Assembly (NCBI GenBank): GCA_965205975.1
Contig: OZ242195.1
Span: forward strand, 4,053,746-4,117,745
From: Candidatus Latescibacterota bacterium
GTDB lineage: Bacteria; Latescibacterota; UBA2968
Reading direction: 5' to 3'
Length of the DNA stretch: 64,000 nucleotides
This document shows positions 38,996-48,952 of this stretch, piece by piece (position 1 is the first letter of the stretch; each line of letters begins with the position of its first letter). The notes beneath the pieces were generated by a model, which did not search any database, was not told where the DNA came from, and saw nothing but the letters and a program-made list of their open reading frames with translations. A program made the translations under genes and the position numbers.

Positions 38996-41395
38996 ATGAT
39001 CAAAAATTATCTAACCGTTGCCATCCGCAACATTGCCAGAAACAAAACATTCTCTACCATCAACATCCTCGGTCTCGCCATTGGCATGGCCTGTTGCATC
39101 CTCATCCTGCTCTATGTGCAAGATGAACTGAGCTACGATCAGCACCACGAACACGCGCACCGAATCTATCGGATTGCCATAGAGGCGAAAATCGGCGGGG
39201 TTATGCGTCAGGCCCCGGTCACGTCATTTCCGATGGGACCTGCACTTGTCAAAGACTATCCCGAAGTGATAGAAACTGTGCGGTTTTTTGACGGGCACGA
39301 TCCAAGGACACTTGTTGAGGACCAACACGGTCAAGTCTTCTTTGAAGATAATCTCTGGTTCACCGATCCAAACTTTTTTCAAGTCTTCACTTTTCCACTC
39401 AGCAAGGGAGATCCTGAGACAGCATTTTTGGAACCCTATTCTGTTGTGATTACAGAAGCGGTGGCTCAAAAGTATTTTGGAGAACAAGATCCAATAGGTC
39501 AAATCCTGTCATTCTATGAATTGGAAAGAAAAAGAGCATTTAAGGTGACAGGTGTTTTTAAGAACACGACTCACAATACTCATTTCCAATTCGACTTTCT
39601 CGCGTCTCCTATACGCCATCATGAACCAGATTGGGCAACGAATGTTTTTTATACCTATTTGCTGCTTCAGGAAAAAGATTCTGCCCAGGGATTAGAAGCG
39701 AAATTGCCCGCCTTTATGACGACACATACAGGTGGACAACACGAGGCTACGGGCTTTAAAATGGATTACTTCCTGCAACCCCTGACGGATATTCATTTGT
39801 ATAATTTGGAAAGGGAAATGGGCGAAAACAGCGATATTCGGTATGTCTATCTCTTCCTTATCATTGCTCTTTTCGTCCTCATACTCGCCTGCGTCAACTT
39901 TATGAACCTCTCAACGGCTCGCTCAGCGACCCGGTCAAAAGAGGTCGGCATGCGAAAAGTCGTTGGCGCAAATCGCACACAACTAATCCGTCAGTTTATG
40001 GGCGAATCCATATTGCTGGCGTTATTAGCCCTATTTTTTGCCCTTGCTCTTGTCGAAATCTCACTCTCCGCGTTCAACGCCTTTATCCAGCGCGAATTGG
40101 TATTGGATTACGCGGGCAATTGGCAGGTCGTATTAGCCCTGCTCAGTGTTGCCTTATTTGCAGGGATGCTCTCGGGAATCTATCCCGCCTTATTCCTCTC
40201 GGCTTTTCAGCCAATAGAGGTGTTAAAAAACACTCTGAGGCGAGGGTTAAAAACCTCCAGTTCTCGCAAAACGCTCGTCGTATTTCAGTTTGTCATCTCA
40301 ATTATTCTCATCATTGGAACGGTTGTCGTTTACCATCAAGCGGATTACATCAAAAACAAGAAACTCGGTTTCAACAAAGAACAGATCATTGTCATGCCCT
40401 ATCCCGGTATGCAGGTGACAGAGCGATATAAATCGCGATTGTCGGGGTATGCAAATGTATTGAGCACTTCGACATCTTCGAGTGTGCCGGGCCGACCTTT
40501 TGGCGGTAGTTTTTTTCGGCCTCGTGGTGATGACACATATCAGGGCCGTTTCGCGATGGCCAAAATTGTGGTTGACCGCGAATTTATCTCGACTTATGGC
40601 CTTGAACTTGTAGAAGGCAGAGACTTTTCAAAAGATATGATGAATGACGGAGAGGGTGAACTTATCCTGAATGAAGCCGCCATGCGGCACTTTGGATGGA
40701 CTTCATGTGCGGGTAAAGAAGTGGAAAATATATGGCCACAGGGTGACAAGGTAAAGGTAGAGTATAGAGGAGAGGTCGTAGGTGTGGTGAAAGACTTTCA
40801 TTATCAGTCCCTACATCATAAAATAGAACCTCTGATTATCACCACGGTGGAAAGCTGGTTTGAGTATTTTGCTATACGGATTCGATCCGATGATGTCGTA
40901 GGCACACTCAGCTTTCTGAAGACACAATGGAAGGAAATCGCACCGAATAAGCCATTCGACTATTTCTTTCTCGACGACGATTACGACAAACTCTATCGCA
41001 CAGAAGAACAAATAGGCACTCTCTTTGGACTCTTCTCTATCCTCGCCATCTTTGTCGCCAGCCTTGGACTGTTCGGCCTCGCCTCCTTCACCGCACAACA
41101 ACGCATCAAAGAAATCGGCATCCGAAAAGTATTGGGCGCATCCGTTTCCAACCTCGTACTCATGTTGTCAAAAGAGTTCGCCATACTTGTCGGCATTGCC
41201 AATCTCATTGCCTGGCCAATTGCCTATTATGCGATGCACAGGTGGCTGCAGGACTTCGCCTATCGCATTGATCTGGGTATATGGGCGTTTGTTCTGAGTG
41301 GTCTTCTGGCGTTGTTTATCGCATTGACCACAGTGAGTTATCAAGCGTGGAAAGTTGCCCGCACCAATCCCGTAGATGCCTTGAGATATGAGTAA
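38996..41395 (+). CDS. ABC transporter permease no. 4
   Basis: Same motifs, ends PVDALRYE. Confidence 0.95.
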   Translation: MIKNYLTVAIRNIARNKTFSTINILGLAIGMACCILILLYVQDELSYDQHHEHAHRIYRIAIEAKIGGVMRQAPVTSFPMGPALVKDYPEVIETVRFFDGHDPRTLVEDQHGQVFFEDNLWFTDPNFFQVFTFPLSKGDPETAFLEPYSVVITEAVAQKYFGEQDPIGQILSFYELERKRAFKVTGVFKNTTHNTHFQFDFLASPIRHHEPDWATNVFYTYLLLQEKDSAQGLEAKLPAFMTTHTGGQHEATGFKMDYFLQPLTDIHLYNLEREMGENSDIRYVYLFLIIALFVLILACVNFMNLSTARSATRSKEVGMRKVVGANRTQLIRQFMGESILLALLALFFALALVEISLSAFNAFIQRELVLDYAGNWQVVLALLSVALFAGMLSGIYPALFLSAFQPIEVLKNTLRRGLKTSSSRKTLVVFQFVISIILIIGTVVVYHQADYIKNKKLGFNKEQIIVMPYPGMQVTERYKSRLSGYANVLSTSTSSSVPGRPFGGSFFRPRGDDTYQGRFAMAKIVVDREFISTYGLELVEGRDFSKDMMNDGEGELILNEAAMRHFGWTSCAGKEVENIWPQGDKVKVEYRGEVVGVVKDFHYQSLHHKIEPLIITTVESWFEYFAIRIRSDDVVGTLSFLKTQWKEIAPNKPFDYFFLDDDYDKLYRTEEQIGTLFGLFSILAIFVASLGLFGLASFTAQQRIKEIGIRKVLGASVSNLVLMLSKEFAILVGIANLIAWPIAYYAMHRWLQDFAYRIDLGIWAFVLSGLLALFIALTTVSYQAWKVARTNPVDALRYE

Positions 41396-41399
41396 GCTA

Positions 41400-41744
41400 T
41401 CATAGGTTGCGCCCTGTAAGTTTTCCAAGCTCCTCAAATATTGCGTTCAAAACCTGGGTATTCACAGTCCCAATGCGTTCCTGAAGGCGACGACGATCAA
41501 TCGCCCTCAGTTGAAATACGAGTGCCACCGATTCGTGTTGCAACCCATTTTCTGGTGTGGGACGAATGAACGTCGTACCGGCAAAACGAACTGCTGACCT
41601 TACTGTCGTCAGAGGTATCACAAGTACAACAGGCAAGCCATCACCATAATTGTCATCTTGTAAAATCACAGCGGGACGACGCCCGCGTTGCTCATGGCCA
41701 TTGACGGAGGGCAGATCGACCCAATGAATGTCGCCAACACTCAC
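41400..41744 (-). CDS. PemK/MazF family toxin
   Basis: GDIHWVDLP...GHEQRGRRPAVIL, IPLT, NGL, QLRAIDRRRL; GTG start overlaps the upstream stop. Confidence 0.9.
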   Translation of the reverse strand: MSVGDIHWVDLPSVNGHEQRGRRPAVILQDDNYGDGLPVVLVIPLTTVRSAVRFAGTTFIRPTPENGLQHESVALVFQLRAIDRRRLQERIGTVNTQVLNAIFEELGKLTGRNL

Positions 41745-41953
41745 CGCTCTTCTGTCTCCCATTGATCAATCAGTGCCCATGCCTCATCGCTCGCCTTGTC
41801 CCACTGGTCTAATTCAGACTTGAGTTCAGGCGTCATATCCACCGGACGAATGAGAATATCTACATAGATCCCATTGGGCAAAGGAGTATTGCTCTGGGGC
41901 ACAACCACACCGTCTTTGATAATCCCTGGGATTGTCCAACGCTCGGTTTTCAT
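41741..41953 (-). CDS. Putative antitoxin (70 aa)
   Basis: GIIKDGVVVP beta-rich N-terminus and acidic C-terminus; coupled upstream of the toxin. Confidence 0.7.
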   Translation of the reverse strand: MKTERWTIPGIIKDGVVVPQSNTPLPNGIYVDILIRPVDMTPELKSELDQWDKASDEAWALIDQWETEER

Positions 41954-42058
41954 AAAAAAGTCTCCAACACGCAATGCGAATTTCTTTTTATTTCTCGTGA
42001 TTTTAAATATCGTGAATTTCCGGTAGTTTTGCAATTCTGTATTTATAGGAGAAGTAAA

Positions 42059-44422
42059 ATGTTCAGAGCCAGTGTTGAAATATCTTTATTCAGCAGCTAC
42101 CTGAAAACGGCGATCCGCAACCTCGCCAGGCACCGCATTTACTCCGCCATCAACATCATCGGCATTGCCATTGGCCTCGCCTTCTGCATCCTCACCTACC
42201 TCTTTGTCCACAATGAATGGACCTATGACACCTTTCACGAAAATGCCGACCGCATCTATCGGGTTTATATAAAACATATAAAAGGACGAAACGAGCGCGT
42301 TCACGGTGTAACACCCGGCCCTCTCGGACCCGCAATAGCAGAAGCATTTCCCGACATGCAAACGGTTCGCTTCACATCTCGCACGGGAAAAATTGGCACG
42401 GAAAATCGCGCTTTTCGGGCACAGTTGGGATTTACCGATCCCAACTTCCTCGACATTTTTTCTTTTCCAATCCTTCGAGGCGATCCATCTTTGCAAGACA
42501 AATACGCCGCACTCATAACAGAAAAAACCGCGCAGAAATATTTCAACAAAGCCAACCCCGTCGGAGCAGTGCTTCCCATTGAATACAAAAATGAAATCCA
42601 GGATTACACCATCACGGGCATTGTGAAAAACGCGCCCAAAAACTCCACAATTCAATTTGACGTACTACTACCCTTTGAACAAAGCAAGGTCGAAGACAGA
42701 TGGAATTCCTACAGCATATTTACTTTCATGATGCTCCCCCCGAATATATCTCCAAACAGTCTCGAACAACAATTTCCCAGATGGACCAAAAACTGGTGGG
42801 ATGAAAAGCGCGAAAACCAGATCAAACTTCAACCACTCACCCAGATGCACTTCGATCAAACCATGTACGTAAGCCGTCGCAGCAATCCCGTTTATTCATA
42901 CATCTTATCGGGCATGGCGCTACTCGTCCTATTTATCGCCTGCGTCAACTTCACAACCTTAACCCTCGGACGACAGGCAATGCGAGCGCGAGAAATCGGC
43001 TTGCGAAAAGTCGTCGGCGCAAAACGCTCACAAATCGCAAACCAATTTATCGGCGAATCGCTCTTACTCATCCTTATCGCGCTCACAGCCGGCATTGCCA
43101 TCGCAGAACTCACATTGCCAACATTCAATAACCTATCTGGAAAATCCCTATCCTTGACCGACGGCCTCAACACCACAACACTTGCATTTCTCATTCTGCT
43201 GGTCAGCCTCGTTGGCATCACAGCAGGGGGCTATCCCGCCCTGATCCTATCCCGAATGCAACCAACTCAAATCATCGCGAGCAGATTGCAAATCAAAACG
43301 GGCAATCGTTTTGGCAACGTATTGATCGTTTTTCAGTTCGCCCTATCCATATTTTTAATCATCACCACCTTGATGATGGGCAAACAACTCACCTTTTTGA
43401 GAACCCAACCCCTGGGATATCAAACCGAACACGTCGTCGCCATTCAGACTCATGACCTGCGAAAAGAAAACAAAACCTTACCAACTGTTTTTCGGGACGC
43501 CCTGCTGTCTCACCAGGCCGTGATCAGCACGACATGGCTTAACCATCCTCTAAACAACGACATGAGCTTGTCAACCCATGTAACATATCGTGGAAGTCCG
43601 GAGCAACCCGTTGAAGGTATTGGTATTGACTATGACCTGTTCAAAACGCTCGACATGAAACTCGTTGCAGGTCGAGAATACGACAGAGAATTTCCGACCG
43701 ATCAAACGGAAGCGGTCATTGTCAACGAAGCACTCGTCCAAAAATTCGGCATAGAAGACCCCGTTGGCAAAACAATCACATACAGCGGCTCAAAAGACAG
43801 AACCATCATCGGCGTTGTTCAAGATTTCCACTTTCGCTCTCTGCATCATACAATCAGACCCGCTGTTCTGCCACTCAGCACATCCACTGGACGCTTATTG
43901 GTCCGCATCTATCCCGAAAATGTGCCCGGCACCATCGCATTCATCAAAGAACAATGGGAAAAAGTCGCCCCCAATCATGCATTCAACTTCTCATTCATCA
44001 ATGAAGACCTGGACAAACAATACAAAAAAGAAGAACGCTGGAATCAAATGATCCAATACGCCACAGGATTCGCCATCTTCATCGCTGCACTCGGCGCATT
44101 CGGACTGGCCGCTCTCGCCACAACAAGACGCACCAAAGAAATCGGCATCCGCAAAGTCTTAGGCGCATCCCAAACGCAAATCCTATCCCTGCTCTCACGA
44201 GAATTTGTCCTCTACATCGCCCTCTCAAGCCTCATCGCATTCCCCATCGCCTATTACGCGACCAATCAATGGTTACAAACCTTCGCCTACCGCACGGAAT
44301 TGGGTATTGGTATATTCTTACTCGGTAGCGTAGCCCTGTTCCTCGTCGTCCTCACAACCGTCACTACCCAGACCCTCAAAGCCGCACGCGCAAACCCGGC
44401 GGATGCCTTAAGAGATGAGTGA
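42059..44422 (+). CDS. ABC transporter permease no. 5
   Basis: Same motifs; near-identical to no. 3 in TM and C-terminal regions. Confidence 0.95.
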   Translation: MFRASVEISLFSSYLKTAIRNLARHRIYSAINIIGIAIGLAFCILTYLFVHNEWTYDTFHENADRIYRVYIKHIKGRNERVHGVTPGPLGPAIAEAFPDMQTVRFTSRTGKIGTENRAFRAQLGFTDPNFLDIFSFPILRGDPSLQDKYAALITEKTAQKYFNKANPVGAVLPIEYKNEIQDYTITGIVKNAPKNSTIQFDVLLPFEQSKVEDRWNSYSIFTFMMLPPNISPNSLEQQFPRWTKNWWDEKRENQIKLQPLTQMHFDQTMYVSRRSNPVYSYILSGMALLVLFIACVNFTTLTLGRQAMRAREIGLRKVVGAKRSQIANQFIGESLLLILIALTAGIAIAELTLPTFNNLSGKSLSLTDGLNTTTLAFLILLVSLVGITAGGYPALILSRMQPTQIIASRLQIKTGNRFGNVLIVFQFALSIFLIITTLMMGKQLTFLRTQPLGYQTEHVVAIQTHDLRKENKTLPTVFRDALLSHQAVISTTWLNHPLNNDMSLSTHVTYRGSPEQPVEGIGIDYDLFKTLDMKLVAGREYDREFPTDQTEAVIVNEALVQKFGIEDPVGKTITYSGSKDRTIIGVVQDFHFRSLHHTIRPAVLPLSTSTGRLLVRIYPENVPGTIAFIKEQWEKVAPNHAFNFSFINEDLDKQYKKEERWNQMIQYATGFAIFIAALGAFGLAALATTRRTKEIGIRKVLGASQTQILSLLSREFVLYIALSSLIAFPIAYYATNQWLQTFAYRTELGIGIFLLGSVALFLVVLTTVTTQTLKAARANPADALRDE

Positions 44423-44425
44423 GTT

Positions 44426-44513
44426 GTATAACCCCTTGTTTTTTCGCTTAAATTGCGGATATTTGTAAACGCGGATCCAGGGATCTCGAATGGACTTCTG
44501 AGAAGTTGTACAA
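44426..44513 (+). repeat. ~90-bp conserved intergenic element, copy 1 (others at 48198-48285, 53052-53140)
   Basis: tataaccccttgttttttcgcttaaattgcggatatttgtaaacgcgg..gatctcgaatggacttctgagaagttgtacaat. Confidence 0.8.
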
Positions 44514-44515
44514 TA

Positions 44516-45062
44516 GTGGTATCCCAGGCTCGCACATGCCACCGCCAAAGAAAGACGCAACTGGCGATGTACCGGGGGAGGCATCCAATGGCCCGATCTG
44601 AACGAAAATCTCAGTGTTGAGACTCTGTTTACAGGCCGTCCCACAGAAGAAAAGCAGAAGTCCGACAAAACAAAGCCGCCAGTTCTGGACGAGTCTGCAT
44701 TGGTGGAAGGACGACTGATGGAAGTGAACTGGGCTCGCGGGACAGCGGAACTGCACTTCATTCCCCAAAGAGTCGTACCATTGCGTTTCGATCCAGCACT
44801 AAACGACGACATGCGTCGGCTGGCGACACAGTATGTCGAGATCAGAGGCCGTGGTCGCTTCAACGACAATGACGAATGGGATATTATTTACGTAGAGCAG
44901 ATAACCGACACACGGTCATGGTCAGAGCCGTTTGACCTTGACGCATTTCGCAACGATCCCAATCCGAAGATTTTCGATCCTGAAAAAGTCGTCGCCATTG
45001 ACTTGACAGAAGAAGAGTGGGAGGCTTTCCATCGTGTGATATGTGAAGGACGGAATGTCTAA
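44516..45062 (+). pseudogene. 5'-deleted copy of the DUF2442-fusion gene (C-terminal part open 44700..45062)
   Basis: Begins at WYPRLAHAT; near-identical to 48407 onward; start and SD missing. Confidence 0.75.
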
Positions 45063-45070
45063 TGCTTTCA

Positions 45071-45151
45071 AACGACCACGACTTCTCCGACATTCCCGAC
45101 CTGGAACTCATCCAGGCACCGGCACCACAACCAGATCAGTTACAGGAATAA
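45071..45151 (+). pseudogene. C-terminal remnant of a PIN/VapC toxin
   Basis: Frame NDHDFSDIPDLELIQAPAPQPDQLQE*; tail shared with 49075-49127. Confidence 0.55.
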
Positions 45152-45157
45152 CGAATT

Positions 45158-45472
45158 ATGAAACTACATGTCGATAAGGAAGCCAACGCGCTCTATCTGC
45201 GCCTTGACGACTCTGCTATCGTCGAATCAGAAGAGGTCTCGCCGGGTATGGTGCTTGATTACAATGCATCAAATGAAGTAGTAGGTGTGTCTATGAATCA
45301 GTTTGCGATTTATGCTTTTGCACGTGAAATTGCCGAGCTTGAAACCACAGCCTTTTTTCAAAATCAATATGCGGGCAAAAACAAACGAGAAATTCTGGAG
45401 GCATTTGACGCTGTTATGAGCAAACAAATCCCCGCCCAAACACCTCCTGATTGGGACCAATTGGATAGATGA
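45158..45472 (+). CDS. Chimeric DUF2283 / antitoxin-like protein
   Basis: First 44 aa match 53157 (MKLHVDKEA..EVVGV), then switch to SMNQFAIYAFAREI. Confidence 0.6.
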   Translation: MKLHVDKEANALYLRLDDSAIVESEEVSPGMVLDYNASNEVVGVSMNQFAIYAFAREIAELETTAFFQNQYAGKNKREILEAFDAVMSKQIPAQTPPDWDQLDR

Positions 45473-45500
45473 GTGAGCCAATTTTGCATCCACCCATCAG

Positions 45501-46286
45501 CTACACCTCGGAAACCACACCAGGATACCGATTTTGAATCCACCAATCCGAGTGTGGCATCCCGCTCGCGCGCGTCTTTTTCACCAGCAAATCGATATCT
45601 ATTGGCACGCGGCGTAACTCAATACGAAGGCTCTTATTCTCCCATGCAATAACGCCATATTCTGCCCAGGGAGGATATCCCCTATCGTGTGAATCATCCA
45701 ATGAACCTCGGAGAACCCGGCGTATCCGATCCTGTGCGGGAACAGGCGCACCAACACTTCCGGGATTGATGATCGTGCTATCTGCATAATAACGAACCAT
45801 CTGTGTATGCGTATGTCCCCCAGCCAACACCATCGCGTGATACCCAGACAGCATGCGTTCCATCTCCTCATCTGGCGTGTGAGAAGCGATTCCATCTTCA
45901 TTAGACCGTGGAGAACCGTGATAGCAAAGAAGATTGGTGGTCGCATCCAGAGGTATTTCGACCGTTGCCTGGAACGTCCGCATGTAGTCGAGATCATCAG
46001 GTGAAAGCTTACGGACACCCCAGAATCGAACTTCATTCCCTCGCCTGGCATTCTCGCTCTTTCCCCTACCAGGACGTGGATCAAGACACCACACGTCCAT
46101 ATTCCCCATAACAACAGAACCATTCAGAGATTTCAACTGAGCAATAACCTCACATGGTTGGGGACCATCAGAGACGGTATCACCCAGGCACACAATGTGA
46201 TCAATGGATTCTGTTTTGAGATCTTTCAAGACAGCTTCCAGAGCCACTGCATTTCCATGAATATCAGAGATGATGGCGATTCGCAT
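45501..46286 (-). CDS. Metallophosphoesterase (calcineurin-like), copy 1
   Basis: ISDIHGN, CLGD, GNMD, HGSP, GHTH, NPGSVG. Confidence 0.92.
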   Translation of the reverse strand: MRIAIISDIHGNAVALEAVLKDLKTESIDHIVCLGDTVSDGPQPCEVIAQLKSLNGSVVMGNMDVWCLDPRPGRGKSENARRGNEVRFWGVRKLSPDDLDYMRTFQATVEIPLDATTNLLCYHGSPRSNEDGIASHTPDEEMERMLSGYHAMVLAGGHTHTQMVRYYADSTIINPGSVGAPVPAQDRIRRVLRGSLDDSHDRGYPPWAEYGVIAWENKSLRIELRRVPIDIDLLVKKTRASGMPHSDWWIQNRYPGVVSEV

Positions 46287-46344
46287 ATTTATACCTCCTT
46301 ATCGTAAGAGAGCTTCAAAGGAATTTTTGTGCATCACTGGCCTT

Positions 46345-46479
46345 AAAAACAAAAAAGCGCGGAAAATCTACCATAGGAGATGTATCCTCCTATAGCAGCT
46401 CCCCCGCGCCATCGCTTCAGTTGACGCAAATCTGCTATTCATCTACACCAATGGTACGCTATAGAGCATCAGAAAACAA
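46345..46479 (-). promoter_or_regulatory. Promoter plus attenuator-like leader, copy 1
   Basis: TTGTTT-17-TACCAT, then a long gcgcgg..ccgcgc hairpin with U-tract upstream of the CDS. Confidence 0.6.
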
Positions 46480-46651
46480 GTCTTTTGGATTCGCACATTA
46501 AGACATTTTGAACAAGTGAATTTTTGAGTATAATATACTTTATATTCAAAATTCGCCATGTCCTCACACACGCAGAATACACTCGTCGCACGCGAGAAGG
46601 CACGTTGTAAGAAGGAGTACTTGATGGCTGACATACAGAGAGTTTGGTATC

Positions 46652-47364
46652 ATGAAATATAAGGCCATAATTTTCGACTTATTTGGGACTTTGGTTGATA
46701 ATTTTAGCAAAAAAAAGCACGACAAAGTACATGCATTGATGGCCGAAACATTGTCGGTGCCATATAAAGCGTTTAGACAAGCATTCGGCTCTTCTTTTTC
46801 TGACCTATGTATTGGGAAATTCAGGTCAATAGAAGAAATTATCGCTGTATGTTGCGCTCAAATTGGTCTATCTCCCAGTGACTGCAAAATCAACACAGCC
46901 GCGCAATATCGATACGACTTCACAATGAAGACACTCAAACCAAAAATTGAAGTCCTGCTTACGCTTCAAAAACTAAAAGATGATGGCTATAAAATTGGAC
47001 TCATAACAAACTGCGGTCCAGATGTCCCTCTACTCTGGCACACTTCTCCTTTATCAGAGCATATCGATTTACCGCTCTTTTCTTGTACAGAAAAAATACA
47101 AAAGCCCGCTATTGAAATCTATAAACGGGCACATGAACAGTTGGGACTTCCGTCAAATGCTGTGTTTATGTGGGCGATGGTAGCAGCCGGGAAATGACCG
47201 GTGCGAAAGAAATAGGTTTCTTGCCCGTGCTAAAGCAAGTCGATTTAGAAGATGTATATGATGACGCAAGACCAGACATAATTGGGTGGCGTGGGTTATC
47301 AATTACTGAAATTGAGGAACTGCCTGAATTACTTGCGCGCATCAATAGCCCGGATCATAACTAA
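46652..47364 (+). pseudogene. HAD family hydrolase, frameshifted near 47155
   Basis: FDLFGTL, GLITN and KP motifs in the first frame; CVYVGDG..EMTGA in a shifted frame. Confidence 0.75.
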
Positions 47365-47690
47365 ACAGCAACGACCCGCTGATGGCCGCTTCTATCTTCC
47401 GAATGCGTAATGCGAATCTCGATATTGCGGTTCAGCCGATTCAGAAACCCAAACAGTCTCTCTACACTAAAACGGCTAAAATCACCGTTCTTCAGCCGGG
47501 ATACATCGGACTGATTGATCCCGAGAATTTCCCCCGCTTTTGCCTGCGTCAGCTTTCGCCCTTCAAGAATACTATAGATTTCAAATGCCAGATCTGCCTT
47601 CAGCAACTCACGTTCAGCCTCTGATTCTGAGAAACCGATGTCCCGAAATACATTTCCAGAGCTTTGCTCAAATTTGACTTTTTCATTCAT
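47361..47690 (-). CDS. XRE/HigA-like HTH antitoxin
   Basis: SSGNVFRDIG, LTQAKAGEILGINQSDVSRL, FSVERL. Confidence 0.9.
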   Translation of the reverse strand: MNEKVKFEQSSGNVFRDIGFSESEAERELLKADLAFEIYSILEGRKLTQAKAGEILGINQSDVSRLKNGDFSRFSVERLFGFLNRLNRNIEIRITHSEDRSGHQRVVAV

Positions 47691-48057
47691 TTTGGGTCTC
47701 CATATTTTTCGCTATTTTCAGCCGCAATTTAATCAGGTCAATTGCCTGCTTAGGTGTTCTAATGCCACGAGTGGATTTCTTCTGGAACGCATGAAGCACA
47801 TAGATTTTCTCGCCAATCTTGACGGTATAAACAGCGCGATAGGTATTTGTATCGTAAGGAACGACAATCTCCAATACGCCAGAACCCACTGATCGTAGTG
47901 GCTTTGACTTTGGGTGTTTACCGCCCCATTGAGCAAAACGCAACGCTTCACCCACTGTTCTTCTCGCAGCTTTGGGAAAACTTCGGACTTGCTCACGAGA
48001 ATCCCCGACCCATGTTACACTTTTTATTTTTTCATTCAAAATTGTACCTTCCTTCAA
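47683..48057 (-). CDS. RelE/HigB-like (Gp49/DUF891-type) toxin
   Basis: WVGDS....FP, GVLEI, YRAVY, YVLHAFQKKS..GI.TP; start uncertain. Confidence 0.9.
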   Translation of the reverse strand: MKEGTILNEKIKSVTWVGDSREQVRSFPKAARRTVGEALRFAQWGGKHPKSKPLRSVGSGVLEIVVPYDTNTYRAVYTVKIGEKIYVLHAFQKKSTRGIRTPKQAIDLIKLRLKIAKNMETQNE

Positions 48058-48109
48058 TTTATGGCAAATTTACCATATTTATATGAAAAATTCAAGGTTT
48101 TTTTAGGTA

Positions 48110-48193
48110 TTGTTAATCACATTGACCACAGTGAGTTATCAGGCGTGGAAAATTGCCCGCACCAATCCCGTGGATGCCCTGCGATATGAGTGA
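48110..48193 (+). pseudogene. Orphan 3' end of an ABC permease gene
   Basis: LTTVSYQAWKIARTNPVDALRYE*; near-identical to 41312-41395. Confidence 0.85.
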
Positions 48194-48298
48194 GCTATAT
48201 AACCCCTTGTTTTTTCGCTTAAATTACGGATATTTGTAAACGCGGATCCAGTGATCTCGAATGGACTTCTAAGAAGTTGTACAATATGGAGGCCTGAG

Positions 48299-48952
48299 AT
48301 GAATATTTCGACAATTGATATGCCGCAGGCTGAGCGCGTGGAAGTAAGCGAGGATACGCTGACGGCGGTACTCTCCGATGGACGAACCATCTCCGTGCCC
48401 CTGAAATGGTATCCCAGACTCGCACACGCCACCGCCAAAGAAAGACGCAACTGGCGACGTACCAGTGGAGGCATCCACTGGCCCGACCTCAACGAAAACC
48501 TCAGCGTTGAGGCACTGTTTGCAGGCCATCCCAGAAAAGAAAAGCAGAAGTCCGACAAGACAAAGCTGCCGGTTCTGGACGAGCCTGCACTGGTGGAAGG
48601 GCGACTGATGGAGGTGAACTGGGCTTATGGCACAGCAGAGTTGCATTACATCCCGCAAAGAGTCGTGCCGTTGCGTTTCGATCCGGCACTAAACGACGAC
48701 ATGCGTCGGCTGGCGACCCAGTATGTCGAGATCAGAGGCCGCGGTCACTTCAACGACAATGACGAATGGGATATTATTTACGTAAAGCAGATAACCTGCA
48801 CGCGGTCATGGTCCGAGCCGTTTGACCTCGAGGCATTTCGCAACGATCCCAATCCGAAGATTTTCGATCCTGAAAAGGTCGTTACCGTCAGTGAACCTTT
48901 CGACGTAGATGAGTTCATTCGCGTCATCCACGAAGGCCGAGATGTTGAGTGA
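48299..48952 (+). CDS. DUF2442-like domain fused to a hypothetical antitoxin-like domain
   Basis: LSDGRTISVPLKWYPRL.HAT...GIHWPDLNENLSV; GGAGG SD. Confidence 0.8.
   Translation: MNISTIDMPQAERVEVSEDTLTAVLSDGRTISVPLKWYPRLAHATAKERRNWRRTSGGIHWPDLNENLSVEALFAGHPRKEKQKSDKTKLPVLDEPALVEGRLMEVNWAYGTAELHYIPQRVVPLRFDPALNDDMRRLATQYVEIRGRGHFNDNDEWDIIYVKQITCTRSWSEPFDLEAFRNDPNPKIFDPEKVVTVSEPFDVDEFIRVIHEGRDVE

Noticed and set aside
36573-44422. Diversity-generating retroelement explaining permease variation
   Set aside because: No reverse transcriptase in the window; differences include indels and all base types, not adenine-specific changes
48110-48193. Orphan permease end as a DGR template repeat or prophage att site
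   Set aside because: Mismatches to 41312-41395 are few and mostly synonymous; no RT, integrase or phage genes nearby
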